Below are positions 11,692 through 25,300 of a stretch of 64,000 bases of DNA, piece by piece. The translations under genes and the position numbers were made by a program. Source of the DNA: Macrostomum lignano (Eukaryota); assembly GCA_002269645.1 (NCBI GenBank), contig NIVC01001175.1, forward strand, positions 1-64,000, given 5' to 3'. Numbering within the stretch: position 1 is the stretch's first letter; each line of letters starts with the position of its first letter. The notes beneath the pieces are model-generated. The model made no database searches, was not told the DNA's origin, and was given only the letters and a program-made list of their open reading frames with translations.

Positions 11692-11881
11692 CAGGGGCGC
11701 AACTAAGGGGGGGCAGGGGCGGGGGACACCGCCCCATAGGCAGAGACATGAAACAAATCAAAAAGGGGGACCAAGCGCATTTTCGGCAAAATACAGAACC
11801 ACCCTCTCCGCCAACCCCTCTAGGGTCTTTACCCTCCAGAATAGGTATACCCTCTTCAACAAATTTCTGGATGCGCCACTG
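11692..11881. mobile_element. hAT-type MITE, 190 bp
   Basis: Termini CAGGGGCGCAAC / GATGCGCCACTG (10/12 inverted match); perfect 8-bp TSD CATGAAAA at 11684-11691 and 11882-11889. Confidence 0.8.
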
Positions 11882-12669
11882 CATGAAAAGGTATGCTGGG
11901 ATAAAATCCCAAGCAAAAGAGGAAAAAACATGAGAGTAAGCACAAAAAAATGAATGGAGGAGACAATAATTAAGAAGAGAAGACAGTAGAAGAAAAAGCA
12001 AACAAGAAAATCATATTGCTACTGTCATTAGTAAGTGCAGTACATCAAAGGAACTCATGTGTCCTCACACCAGTACTGACTGTCCATCCTCATCATATTT
12101 AAGCTTTAATTTCTTCTTGAACAGCTTTAAAATCTGTTTTTCTTTACATCTTAGATTTGCCGAGTTTCTGAATTTAATCACGTGATCCAATTCTAAGCAC
12201 TAGGCTAGGAGCTAATGCTGATGAAATGTTGATGACCCACGCATCGACGCAAAAAAGCCGTCGTCGTTGGTAGGTAGAACGATCCGCAGCACCCAGTCAA
12301 GCACTGCAGAACGAACAGGAACGGCACGATCGCGTAGGTATCACTTTACATGTACCTTTAAAGTTTTTAAGCAACAGAAAATTGTTAGAAGAGAAGTCAT
12401 TTAGAAAAAAAAGTAGAAAACATTGCCACTGCTAAACAATAAAAAACAAGAAACACACCTTTTTAGGCTTGATCACCCCCGTCATGTGATGACTGTTTCG
12501 ATTTTTAAAAATTTCGTTTTAAAACGAAAACGAAACCGGAAACAAAAAAAATGTTATACTTTATTTTCGTTTGCTCCATCAAGCTGATTACTTTTAGCAC
12601 TCCTTCAACACACAGTTTACGGTTGAAGTACTTTAACGATGTTGTTTGACGAGGGTAGCCAAGTAAACA

Positions 12670-13004
12670 GTACCAAAGCCAACCGACCTAGTGAGAAAAA
12701 TTATGATGCACAAGGATATAAGTACGGATGCTTTGTGTACGCCAGAGTGCTGTAGAAACATCCTGTTGAAGTCGAGAATCCATGGAGCAGTGAGTACATC
12801 ATTGACGCTGGCGAAAGTGCTCACGTCAAAGCCACGAAAGCTGAGCTGTTCGTACTCAAAAAGCAACCAGCTTCACTTTATTCATCGGCTCCACATGGAA
12901 ACATGGATGTCAGAGCGTCCATTGACCATCTGTTGAGCAGTGCAGCTTCGCTGTCGTCTGAACAGCAGCGTCAAGTACTACTAACTCATTTGAACAGAAT
13001 TTGA
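12670..13004 (+). pseudogene. Inverted pseudogene fragment of a third sacsin-like paralogue (pre-J/J-like region)
   Basis: Translates to VPKPTDLVRKIMMHKD / FVYARVL*KHPVEVENPWSSEYIIDAGE..MDVRASIDHLLSSAASLSSEQQRQVLL, matching LPDRPRDIVNRIV..LVYARVVERHPGGSDNPWTSEFTIKIGE..DIATTVDHLLSSAASLPTEQQRQIF of the intact gene; frameshift near 12720, TAG at 12753-12755, TGA at 13002-13004. Confidence 0.85.
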
Positions 13005-13063
13005 ATGCGCTGCTGAGCATACCTGGACTCACTAAATCCATAATCTCATTGACGAGTGGCAGC

Positions 13064-13155
13064 AGCATTGGTGCAGAAGGCTGAGCCTGGAGCACCAAAA
13101 TGAGTGCCTAGCATTGGTGCAGAAGGCTGAGCCTGGAGCACCAAAATGAGTGCCT
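13064..13155. repeat. 46-bp perfect tandem duplication
   Basis: AGCATTGGTGCAGAAGGCTGAGCCTGGAGCACCAAAATGAGTGCCT twice, directly after the sacsin remnant. Confidence 0.9.
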
Positions 13156-14574
13156 TCGGCGCTAAAATTAGCGCAGACAACACCGATACTCAAAATAATG
13201 TACAAGTAGGAATCTAGTCATGTACATGTAAAATTCTTGTCTTTATACCTCCCCCCCCCACTATAAAATCCATGGCGACACACCTGCGCCAAACTGCTGC
13301 TAGACTGCTCGTGAACTGTTGTCACACTTCTACATGTACGATCCTACCTAAGAAATTTGCATCTAGTTGACCCGATTCACTGCCGTCAATTCGTCAATCA
13401 GACTCGATCACCCTATTATTAGTTTCATTTTTATCACGCAGCGGTAACGCGGCTGTCTCACTGTTGACTGTGCTGTTTCACTGTAGCAACACTGTTTTTA
13501 CAGTCCTGCGCAATGATTGTTACGGAGAGACAATTGAGATCACGAAATAAACACACAATTAGGAACCATTGAGACAAAAAACTGAAGAATCGATTAAAAC
13601 TAAAGTTTGACCAAAAATTTCAGCATTGTTTTGATTGAAAAAACCACAAACTGAATCGATTTTTTTGCATTTTATTAGTGCAACACTGGTTGAATATTAT
13701 TTGCTTAAATATAGCCATTGTGCCGAGGCGCGAGAAAAAAAAACTGGATAAAAACTTAATTGGATAAATATAGTTCAGAATGAACAGAGAGATTAGCGGC
13801 TAATGGTTAGCAATGGTTATCAATGATTAATTTTAGGTAGATCATTATCCACCGCTGAACCGTACATAATGACATTAAGGAGAGCCAACTGCTCAACCCA
13901 TGACAACGCAAAATGATAAGCAGAGGAAGGCGGTGGATCAGCACAGAAACTAAGTTTAGCTACAGGTAATCCTTGAAATAAAACATTGATAACCTTATAG
14001 CATTATAAAGTAAAGTTGAAATGAAAACTTTATGAATGAAAACTAGAAAACTATTTTCTATTCTCTAATTTTCATCTTTCAAATATTTTTAAAGGTCATT
14101 TTTAGAAATTGGTGGTAGGGAATAAATGAGTGAATTAAAGATTCAGTAGAAACAAAACTACTCATGCCAGACTGCTGTCACTGTTTGCTCTAACGAGCTG
14201 TCGACCGTCCCACACTTATTTCAAGCCTCAAGATTACTGCCACCTGTTTTATAGAACTACCAAATTACGAGTTGGATCCGTAAAGCATAAATAATAAATA
14301 TGAATCTAATAATAAATATAATAAATATAATAAAATATAAAATATAATAAATAAATAATAAATATGAATAAATATGAATTATATAGTTAATAAATTATAT
14401 AAACCTACTAACTACTTACTATCTAAGCAGTAGTGTATTGAACAATAGTCCCTTGAATAAAAAAGCATAGCATGAATAAATTTAAACTACCAGAGCTGAG
14501 CAAAAGGGTATCTGGATACGAACAGACAGTAGCTAATAGTGAACATACAACTGACAGGCACATCTTAAAAGTAC

Positions 14575-15404
14575 TGTGACGTTGCTAGTTTAAGTGGTCC
14601 CGCAAAAGGGCCGTTGGACTATAGTTTCCCTTGCTATTTCTCATTTTAATTTCTCCAATAGTTTATTTTAACGTTTACTTATAGTAGCGTGCAAATAATC
14701 TGTATCAACTGCTATTTCACTGTGTATTTGATAGACCTTGCGCCCGTCTGTGAATTTTGGCACGATCGATAATTTCAAGTTCTCTCGCCAGCCAATGAAA
14801 ACTCTCCGTGTTTTACGCTACCCCCCTTTTGCGCTCTTTATTAACCCTCGCCTGGCGGGCTGGGGGTTTCACTCGTCCCTGTTCTTGTGTTCTGTGTTCT
14901 CTCTCCTTAGGCTTGTCCTCCGTCCCGTCTGGCTTGCCTAGCCTTGTCTAGCCTTGTTTTCCTTCTCTCTGTCTGGCTGCCTCGAGCCTCCTTATCTCAC
15001 GCCACGGCTGACGCCAACCTCGCCACTGCTCATCTGCCTGCCTACTGCGTCTCACTGCCTTCACTGTGCTCATTGCCATTGCTCCTCACGTTACGTCGCC
15101 ATTGCATCATTCGTCTGCCACTTGACTTCACATTCAATTTATCTTCAAAAACCATTGTTGCAGCCGCCAGTGCCCAGAAAGCTATAGTTTGTGAATTGAC
15201 AGTAATAGCCAAGCCTAATATTGATACTACCAATAAAAACAACTACGGCAGTTCCTGCCTTTATCGCCAAGTGCTCCGCTACAAAATCCGCTTTACAAGA
15301 GTTGACTTCAACTTATTTTGAGACTACGACTCACTACAACTCTCGTCAAAACGGCCCTTTTAAGGGTCATAGCCATAGTTAGCCGCTACGCCAATAACGT
15401 GACA
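14575..15404. mobile_element. Solo-LTR-like element, 830 bp
   Basis: TGTGACGTT...AACGTGACA termini (8/9 inverted), 4-bp TSD GTAC on both sides, AATAAA near 15232, no coding capacity. Confidence 0.7.
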
Positions 15405-15708
15405 GTACTTTCCTCTTTCCACACGCATCTATAACCTTCCTGACGAGTTATCGCCATTTATTGTTGGCTTTTTGCCTCAGTCAATTGTTTGTTTGTTGAA
15501 TAACTTAAATGGAATATTTTAAACAATACAGCAAGCTAAGTGTGAAATATGCAGCGATAAATATTATTTCGTAGAAATTGGTCTACGATACCTCTAAACA
15601 CCATACTTTTTTATTAAACATAATTAGCACGCATTTCAATTGGACATGTCTCCTCTGAAGCTGCTCATTGTCATAAACAAAGTTGTATCGCAATTCCTCA
15701 CTTGAATC

Positions 15709-16164
15709 CACAGATACTTAAAATAACTAGATAGGCCACTCAGCACATTGTAAACTACTTTGAATTCAGTAGTAAGTTAAACAGAAGCATTTTTATGTAT
15801 TATTAAAGCCGAGGCTAATTTATTGACATCCCACCCAATAAATGAAACCCTTATAAACCCTCCCTCCAAGAGCGCTTTCCACACTACCCTCGCACTGCCC
15901 CAATTTTTATTTCCTTTCTCGAAATTCCAGCCTAAAGCTGCCATGTACGTTTCAGTGGACTGGCTAATGTACATTATTGCTGAACCAATTAGCAAGAGTG
16001 CCCATGCTGTATACACCTGCAGGCATGGGCACCTTTTCATTTCAGTTGATTTACTTAAAAAATAGTTTATGCTTTCTTATTTGCTACTGAACTGACAGTA
16101 GAAAGCTGTTTTGCTAAGTATATACAGTAGATGAGTGGCTCATCTAGTTATTCTAGTATCTGTG
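15709..16164 (-). mobile_element. CACAGAT MITE, copy 2, reverse orientation, about 140 bp past the sacsin stop codon
   Basis: Same TIRs; interior is the reverse complement of 7507-7929. Confidence 0.75.
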
Positions 16165-16302
16165 CTCGGATACAACAAAAAACACATGACAAGACAAAGC
16201 AAAAAAGATTTCCCCCTCTCCTGCATCGCGCTACACGCGCAAACCAGTTGTTTGCAGAAAAACAAAGCCAACTCAAAGTCCCTTACAAGTCACTCACTCG
16301 AG

Positions 16303-19300
16303 TCATTCGGCAAACTCAGACGAGACGCACCGTTCGACGCCCTCCGCTCCCTGCAGAGCCCGCGCCGCCTGCTCCGCTCCGAAGACCTCAGATGGAACCC
16401 GCGGTCGGCTGCGGTCGCTCGGGTACCGACAGTCGTCCACCATGGCGCCCGCCAGGTCGGCAACGTGACCGGCCAGGCTGCTCTGCAGGTCGCTGCTCGA
16501 GACGCAGCTCAGATGCTGGCTCAGCTGGTGGCTGCGCTCGATGGGCTGACCCTGTCCCAGCAGCAATGCCTTCAGCGCCTTCTCAGTAGCCTGCCAACTG
16601 ATGTAGCAGGCCCAGTTGTACTCTCCGGCCTCAGCCAATCGCGCAGCCGAGCGAACGTCGTGCCGCGCCGTCTTCAGGTACCTCGCCGCATCGTCAGGCG
16701 ACGGTTTGGCAAAGTTTGCTCCGCCTGAACTGCAGAAAAAGCTGGCAGAACCGCCGCCTCTCGAACTGCCAGACCGGCCAAGGTAGCGGAAAGCGCAGCC
16801 ACCGCCGCCGCCGCCACCGCTCCAGCCTCCTCCTCCGTAGCTTCTTGATCGCATGGTGACGACAACTTCCTCTGCGATGAGAATCTGCCGGTACCTGGTA
16901 ACTCGAATCGTCTGCTCGCGCCATCCACCAATGCACTGATCGAACTGTCGGGTCCATCCATGATTAGCAGCGCGAGTTCGCACCTGGTTGAATGACTCAT
17001 CCGAATTCGAGTAGTGAGCCAGTATGCGCTGAAAAATCTGGCGCTGCTGCTCGGTCGGCAGAGAAGCTGCGCTGCTCAGCAGATGATCCACCGTAGTTGC
17101 AATGTCCTCACCATTATTTTGGTTAGCTTGGGCGAAAGACCGCTCTTCAAAGGAGAACAGCGCAGACATTGAAACTCGTAGTTTCGAACCTTCACCGATT
17201 TTAATAGTAAACTCGCTAGTCCACGGGTTATCGCTGCCACCAGGGTGTCTTTCCACTACCCGAGCGTAAACAAGTCTTCCATCGCCATTTCTGTAAGCCA
17301 CAATTCGGTTCACAATGTCCCTTGGTCTATCTGGCAGTTGCTTCAGTAGACACTGCTCAAACTCCGGTACAGGTTCACCGAGCATTGAGTCATCGCTTGC
17401 GCTTGGCTCTGCGAACTGCTGCTCACTGGTCTGGTGCAGTGCAATTCCTAGTCCGCGCAGAACGGCCAGCATGCTGTCTGGACTGTCCATAAGGAGCACC
17501 TGAATCAAATAACTTTTCTGCTCTGGCAAAATTTTCACACCGTTATTCAAAACCTGCATTATAATTTTGATAAAGTCCATCTGCCAGAGCTGCCTTCCGT
17601 CACCGCCGATCTCGTCCGGAATCGTAGAGTGATTCATGAGAATCCGCTGCCCATCCAGAAAGAAGTTCTTGTCCTGTTCCGAGTCCTGCTGCTCGACACC
17701 ATCCAGAAGCAGGCACGTACGCAACTCGGAAAGACACACAACCGAGAAGCGAGATATCAGAGATTTCACTGCAGCCAGTCGCTCGTCTCCTTTGCCAGAA
17801 AGATCCTTGTTTCCATGCAGCATGATGCTTACGATGCACAGGTGCAGCACTGGGTGGCTCAACTTAGCTTGCAGACCGCGTAGGGACTCACAGCGCTCAC
17901 CATCGCTGCACAACTTATTGGTGTCTGAAAGCAGCCTCTCGCTTACGTTGTCGCTCAATTTCTTCAGGCCCATGTCGGCTGCCAGATGAAAGTACAGCCT
18001 CTGAAGCTTGTCAGTGCCCAGTTTGCAGAAGCGCAGATCAAGGAACTGTACATCCTGTGCGTCCACCAATCGATTGTTGTGCGCCTCTGAGTCGTTGATG
18101 GTCAGACACCTGCAGTCCACCAGTTCGAAAGCAGCTTCCGTGCTGCTGTCTTGATGCTGACTTCTTTTAGGCAGGAAGAGCACTCTGTCGGACTGGAACT
18201 GGAGCCTGCCGCCCCGCTCCAGCAGAACTATGATACTCGATAGACAGTGCGAAACTGAGTTTAGCTGCTCTGCACGAAGCGAGCCTTGCTGCTCATTCTG
18301 AATCAGTTCCAATGCAAGTCGAAGTTGCTCGATTGTGGCAGACTCTGTAGCTCCCAGTTTTGCAAACAGCTTGCGGAACTGTGAAAATTCTTGAGGACAC
18401 TCGTGAATGTAAGGCAGAATAGCAGAGTTTTTATCGTGAGTAATTCTGTTGGCTGATATAAAAAATGATTTATAGCCCTCGGTTTTGATTAGCACACACG
18501 GAATATCTTTCAGGAATAGAATTGACTGAACTGCTGCAGAATTCATAATGGTACTCAGCCTTGAGTACACAGAATGCATGACATAGCTTCTCAGTGTTGC
18601 AACTTCGCCTCGAAGATCAGCTGACGTAAAGGTCGCTGCAGAGAAAAGGTTGACAACGTGGCGCAGAAAAATGGCATCAGAAACTGGCATCGCTGAGTTT
18701 GCAAAGCAGCTGTCCTGGCCAACACAGCTCGGTCCGTAGGGCATGGCAGTCCAGCACAGGAAGCGAGCCTCGAACAGGGCGCACTGGGACAGACTCGCCA
18801 TTCGAATTCGATCGCTCTGACAAAGGCTCTGAAGAGCACCGTCCTTGTTGGCTACAATAAATTGAATTCCTGCCAGTTGTCGGACTACAGATTCAGTTCT
18901 GTCTTTGCGGAATTCATAGCTGTCGATAAACTGTAGCAGAGCCTCCGATTTCTTAGATAACTCATCTGTGATACCAATGGCTCCTTGCGTTTGCAGCTCA
19001 CTGGCGAAGCTGATGGCAATTGCGGCCGTGCATTCCAAGATCAGACCGGAAAATTTCATCAGCGTTCTCCATCGCTCTTCATTGTACGGCGTTGGCAAGA
19101 AGCATTGTGGCTGAAGAAACTTTTTGAAAATTTCAACATTTCCATCATAAAACGTGTTGACGCTCCGCCATTGTCCGTCAAACGGAACGAGTTTGGCTGC
19201 CCTGAGAGACTGACTGAGCATTTGGAACTTGTTAGGGTCCTCCACTTGAACTCTTTCGAACTTCCAGCTCAGCTCGCGAAGTTTTTCGAGATGCTTTTTT

Positions 19301-22300
19301 CGAGTGTCGTCGGTGAACTTGGAGAACACTGGCAGGATAAACTTGGCATAAACCTCAAGCTCTGCCATCTCGTCGCATTGAAGCTTTGCGTACAGCATCG
19401 TGAGAGACCAGTTTGCCTTCAAGAAGATGGCCTTGCTGGAGCTCTTCCACTCGTCCATCTCGTCAGCCACGAGCGATGCCGGCAAGATGCAGGCCTGCTC
19501 AGACTTGAGCGCACAGCAGCGACCATCAGAAGTGACAAACACCGGTAATTGACGCACTCTTGCAAGGAGGTTCTGCTCTCCCATTCTCTTACTTAGCTCT
19601 CCCCAGTTGCTCTGAATGTACACCAAAAAGCTCACAGCTTGCTTCTCAGTGGTCGCAGATCTCTCAGCGTTCTCATTTAGAGCGAACTCCATCACTCTCA
19701 GCATGGACTCGGGCTGTCTGACGTTGCCACACAGACTGCCGACCAGCTTCAAGCCCGTCATGCTGAGCGAGGGAGCGTTGAGCTGCTGCAGAGACTCCTC
19801 GACTGCTTTGCTGCAGTCATCGAGACCGAATCTGATTGGCTCATAAATACAGGGCGCCAGTGAGAGGCTTGCAAAGCGCGACTGGTTGACAGGAATCAGG
19901 TGTGCGCTGCTCAGTCCGACAGAAGAAAAATTTTGCTGTGGTACAGCCTCATCAGTGCATTGGCTGTCTAGAAACTCCCACACTCGATTCAACCATTGTT
20001 TGAGGAACTCTTCTTCCATTCCGAACTCTGAATATGGTAAAAAGGCAGAGTCAGTCCTGCAGATTGCGGCATGCTCCCTGTGCAGAAGAGTGCGAAAATC
20101 CATCAGCTGAAACTTTTTGCACAACTGTTTCTGGATCAAATAGTTTTGCCTCTTCGAATCGAGCTGGGATAAAACTTTCTTGTGCACAAACTCGTGCTTT
20201 GCTTCGCTGTGCGAAAACAAGTCATGGAATTGAGTGAGAAACAGTGGCGTCGATCCATTGCCAAACTCAGAGAGTCGGTTTCCAGCTCCTAAGTTCAGGG
20301 GCACTCCGATGAGATGCTGCACCTCGTCTTGCAATTCATCAAGCAGATATTTGAGCAGGCTTACAACAGCCTCTGGTGTTTGAAATGATGCCGCGCTCAC
20401 ATCACTCGGCAACGAATCTCGAAGTTGCTTGCACGCTGGGCCCCCGAGAAATGCGCAAATGGATACAGCGTCAGCTACAGGGGTGAACTCCAGCTGGCTC
20501 GACTCGAGCGACTGACGAAGGCCTACATGATCCAGGACCATAATGGGAAATCGCAGTTTACTCAGGATGTTCTGAAGATACTCGGTCAAATTGTACGGAG
20601 TCAAGAATGCAGCACTACCGCTGACATCACCTGAGCTCTGTGCTAGCGGCAGCCACTTCAGCTGTTTTTCAAGTACAGAGTGCACAGGGAAGATTGCCCA
20701 ACGAAATCGAAAAGCGTTTTGGAAGACAAGCTTTGCAAGCTGGCCCCACAGCGTCTGATTGCTTGCGTGGTACTCTGGAAGAAGGCTGTAGAAGTGATGT
20801 ACGTTCTGCACATTCGGATAAACAGTTTTTGCTGCTTCGAGTAGACTGCCATAGCAGTCAGGCAGAAGCTGAGTGGCCAGCACTTGGTTCCATTGCTCCT
20901 TGACATCCACAGCTCCATCCGCCTTCCACAGAGATCTGCGCGATGGGTCCAGAATGAAGTGACCGTTCACGTGTACAGGAAGTGCAGTAGGCACAGGCAA
21001 TGGCAGCAGACAGTAGACGTGACCTTCAATCTTGCATGTTTCAGTCATGGAAATGGGAGCAGCGACTCCGGTCTTTGGCAGAAGACGCCACTTTCCGGAG
21101 GCCACTTGCTGCTGCAGCTGTGCGGGCATGTTGTCCAGTCGACCTCCGAGTTTTTGGAAAACGAGCCATCTTTGCTTGAAATTGGTGCCAGTCCCGCTCA
21201 CCGTGAGTTCGTAGGTGACCGAGCTCACTGGGATGCGGCTTAACTGAGCTCCCCTGCTCCGCAACTGCTGACTGGCAGTTTCGCACGCCTCCTTGAAGTT
21301 ATCGAAGCACCCCAATACATTTTCAACTTCCAACTTGGCGGCAAAAACTGTTGTGAGCTTGTTGTCAGCCGATACTTCGGAGAGTTGCACTTCACGGATA
21401 TTCAAGAGAAACAAGGCAGTTCGCCCAAGTTCATTCTTGAATTCGTCGAATAGCTGCTTGATATCATCGGCACTTACCGATCGTTCGCATATCCTAGATT
21501 TTTTAGCTGGGTTTATCGTTCTCAGCGGCAGTCGAAACACGGTTCCTCCGGTTTGCTTCAAGCTCTCGGGACAGTACCCCGCAAATACGTCGCGAAAAGT
21601 ATCTTTCAAACACTCGACGTTCTTGTACATACCTCCTGGAGAAGACAAAGTAGCACCAGGCATGTACCTGCAGTGCGGATCCATCACGCAGAAAATATTT
21701 CCATCGGACAGAAACGAGGGCGCATCCGTGATGTTGTACACACAATTGAACCCGATGCCGTACTGTCCAGCTTTCCATGCGTCGTCTCGCTTGGACCCGA
21801 GACCGAGATTCTGGATGCCTTCGATGTCCGCATCGGAGAATGTCGAGTCGTTGTAGACAAGTAACGCGGGTCCCTGCAGCTCCTTCCAGCTGTCACTCAG
21901 CACTTTCTCGGTCCCGTGATGCCGACGATCGATGATGAAGCTGATCTTTGATGCCCCAGCATCATCTGCATTCTGAATGAGTTCCTTGAAGAGCTCGATT
22001 CCAAGCGGGTATCCGGAAATGATGTTCTGCAGTCTGGTTGTGAGGTCCTCGTGTTGGCCGAAAGGCAGAGGCTGCATCGCTTGAGCCAGCATGCTTTCTC
22101 TCTGGTTTGGAATTCCAAGCTTCTGGCACAGTCCGAAGGAGATGTTTTTGTGGCAGAAGAAAGTCTCATTTGGTAGTTGCACAGACTGCATCCAAGGCAG
22201 GTTGTTAAAGCACAGTTGTGTGCAGGGTCTCAGAATGCGGCTATGGTCGGGTGCGAGCAAGCTCTCAGTCGCCAAGGCTTCATCCCGACAGTGGCCGATC

Positions 22301-25300
22301 TGGTCGAGTATTTTCAGGCTCAAATCTAAATCGCCAGGTGTTAGTGGTGCCGAGGAGTATCGCTGAGAAAGAATTTCAAGCACACCTGCATAGTGCGATG
22401 CTGTGAACTTTTGATTGACTCCAGCTACCTTAAAAAAGCTGTCGCACTGGATGCCGCTTAGTTCGGAAGGCAGAACATGAAGAAATGGCTCGAATCCCGC
22501 ATCAGATCTGGACAGACTCACTTGAGCAGCCCTAATGAAACCTGATGGAGACCAAATAATGTTCGGAGTCTGATTCACCATGCAAAGGACGCTATTCGCA
22601 TTGAGATAACCGGAAGAGATTTGGGCACTGAGGTGTCGATAAACGCACCGGCTCACTCGCAGAGTTTCTTCATTGCCAGCTTGGGTGCCGGCCAGAGCTA
22701 CCAGCTGCTTCCAAGCCACCTCATTGGCGACGTAACTCACGTTCAAAACTCCGATTTGAGCCAAAAGATCTTGTCTGCTTGATGAGGCAACATCACGCAG
22801 CACTGTCTCGTCCATAATAAGCTGCGATGCGGATACGAGATCTTTGCAGCTGGCATCAAACAGCTGACAAGGCTGGAAAAGTTGCATTTTTGGATACTGA
22901 TCTGAAAGCCAGACAAGGCAACTGTCGTTGGCTTTCTTCAAGGCAGGTAGAAATGCTACGTTTCTCAGCTGACTAATCGGCTGGTTTGAAAACCGAGAGC
23001 GGAACGAATCCAAGTACGAAAGCAGCAACACCGTGCGCTCGGTTCTCTGAGTCTCGGAGAGCGCAGCAACTGACTGGGCGCGACTTAGCAACTCGGCCCA
23101 ATTGAGATCCGTGCGGAGCCCGACTGTGCGGAGCGCTTTTAGCTGATCCGGTGTTTGCAGGTCGCTGTGAGGAAAAACGCTTGCGTTCATTTCAAACAGC
23201 TTTGCAGCCTGACAGCTGGAGTCCAGAAGCTGCAGAGGCTGACACAGGGCGTTTCCAACGTTAGGAATGCAATAAGACTGCTTTAGCTGATTTACAACGC
23301 TTTGAGTAACAATTCTAGAAGCGGAGCTCCAGTCTACATTGCCTCCACCACTAATAACATCCAGCATGAATTTCAGCGCTCTGAAGCAGTCCTCAGAGTA
23401 GCCCGACTGCCACAAGCGAGGCATGTTCGGCACCAAATTAAGCAGCAGTGTCTCGCCCGACCATTGACGCTGCAGAATCTTGTTCGTCAGTCCCAGCTGC
23501 TCCACAGTTCGTCGAACTCCATCGGTCAACGATGCTACACCTTCGTGCTGACCCACGAGTCTCGTGGCGAGTCGACTCAAACAATCTGAAATCCCACCCA
23601 GTGACAGGATGCTGGGATCCAGAAACACTGTGTGTCCGAAACTCTTCCAGCCGGCTGATGTGTGAAAGATTGACGCCTGACCGTCAAGCAGGGAAGCATA
23701 AAACTTCTCAATAAGCGGCCTCCACACAGACTGAGTAGCTCTGTCGAATCGAGGCCACAGCTCTTGCGAAATCTCTGCATTCACCAAAGACATTCCGCTT
23801 AGAATCTTCAGAGCGTCGATGTAGGCAGAACAAATGACGTCAGTGAGCAGCACTCGGTTCCACTCGCCGAGACTCCACACGCCCTGCTTCTCGTCGACCG
23901 TGACCTCGTTGAGGTGTCGTCGGCTCGAGGTGACGGAGAAGCTCGCGTTCAGCATCACTGGAAATGGATTTTCGACAGGCAGCGGTAGGAAACAGAACAG
24001 CAGCGAGGCCGGCTGTGTGTCATGTGACAGCGGCACGATCCTGTCAGACTGCTCGATGGGCAGCGCCACGGCTCCAACAGGCGCCAGTCCGAGACGATGC
24101 TGCTCCAACGCGACAGCGAGCGACTGTCCAGTACCGACAGCAGCGCACACGAGCCACACTCTGGTGGAGGCGGCTGTGCTGATTTGGAACTGGTCATGAG
24201 CTGAGTCTCCAAGCTGAACCTCTACCTCGACAGTCGCTTGACAGCGATGTGCTTGATCTCGTCCAGACCCTCCTTGAGTAGCAGATTCGATCAGAGCTTC
24301 GGCTACCTTGAGAATAGAGCTCTGAGCAGCGAACTCTTGATCTGCTTGTGACATTCCTGCTATTGGTAGCGGTGGCAGTGCAATGGCGTGTCGCTGGAAA
24401 TATCTGAGAGGGCTCTTGTGAACGCAGAACACGAGTTGAGTTTGCTTTGAAGGATCGGTCGCATTGGACGGCAGGAACAGACACCGGAATGTTTGCACTG
24501 TCTGGGTGAACAGGAGCATAGCGTCAGCTTGCTCTGCAGCCAGTCTCAGCAAACTGCGAATCTCTGAGTCAGAGTACACGCGATCGCAGATCTTCGACTT
24601 CGCTGCCTGAGCCTCAGTGCGTAGTGGAAGACGCAGCAACGTGCCAGCGAAGTTTCCTTCATCTGCTTGCAGATTGCAGCCTGAGACCCCAGTGAACGGT
24701 GCAAACTGGTTGGCGTACCGATCCAGCCATCTCGGCTGTGCTTGAAAGTCGAGCTCAACTCCAGTGTCCCTGTCCCCGTGACTCGCGTACACCGCCTCCA
24801 AGTAGCCCTCACCTCTGCGCTCACCGTGCGGGTCGAGGATCAGCATGCGGTGTCGACTGAGGATCTGCGGCACATCAGTCAGGTTGTACACCGAGTTGAA
24901 GCCCAGACCGAAGCGACCGACCTTGGCCGTCTTCTCCAGCTTGGTGGCTCCGCTCAGCTGCAGGATGTTGTCGAAGTCCTCGTCGCTGAAGGTGGCGTTG
25001 TTGAAGGCCCACAACGCCCGTCCCTGACAGTCGGCCATGGCCGGGTCGAGCAGCGACTCGGAGACGCGCCAGTCGGAGTTCTCGCGACAGTCGTAGAGCA
25101 GCGTGACCTCGGTGGCGCCCGCGTCGTCAGCGTTCTGCAGCAGCTCCTTGGGCACCGCGAGTCCGTCAGAGTACTCGTCGAGCAGTCGCTTGAGTCGTCG
25201 AGTGAGCGGCTCAGACTGGCCGCGCAGGCGCAGGCCGTCGGAGGTCTGGGCCATTCTGGAGGCCTGTGAGTAGGATTTCGAGAGGCTTGAACTGTGATTG

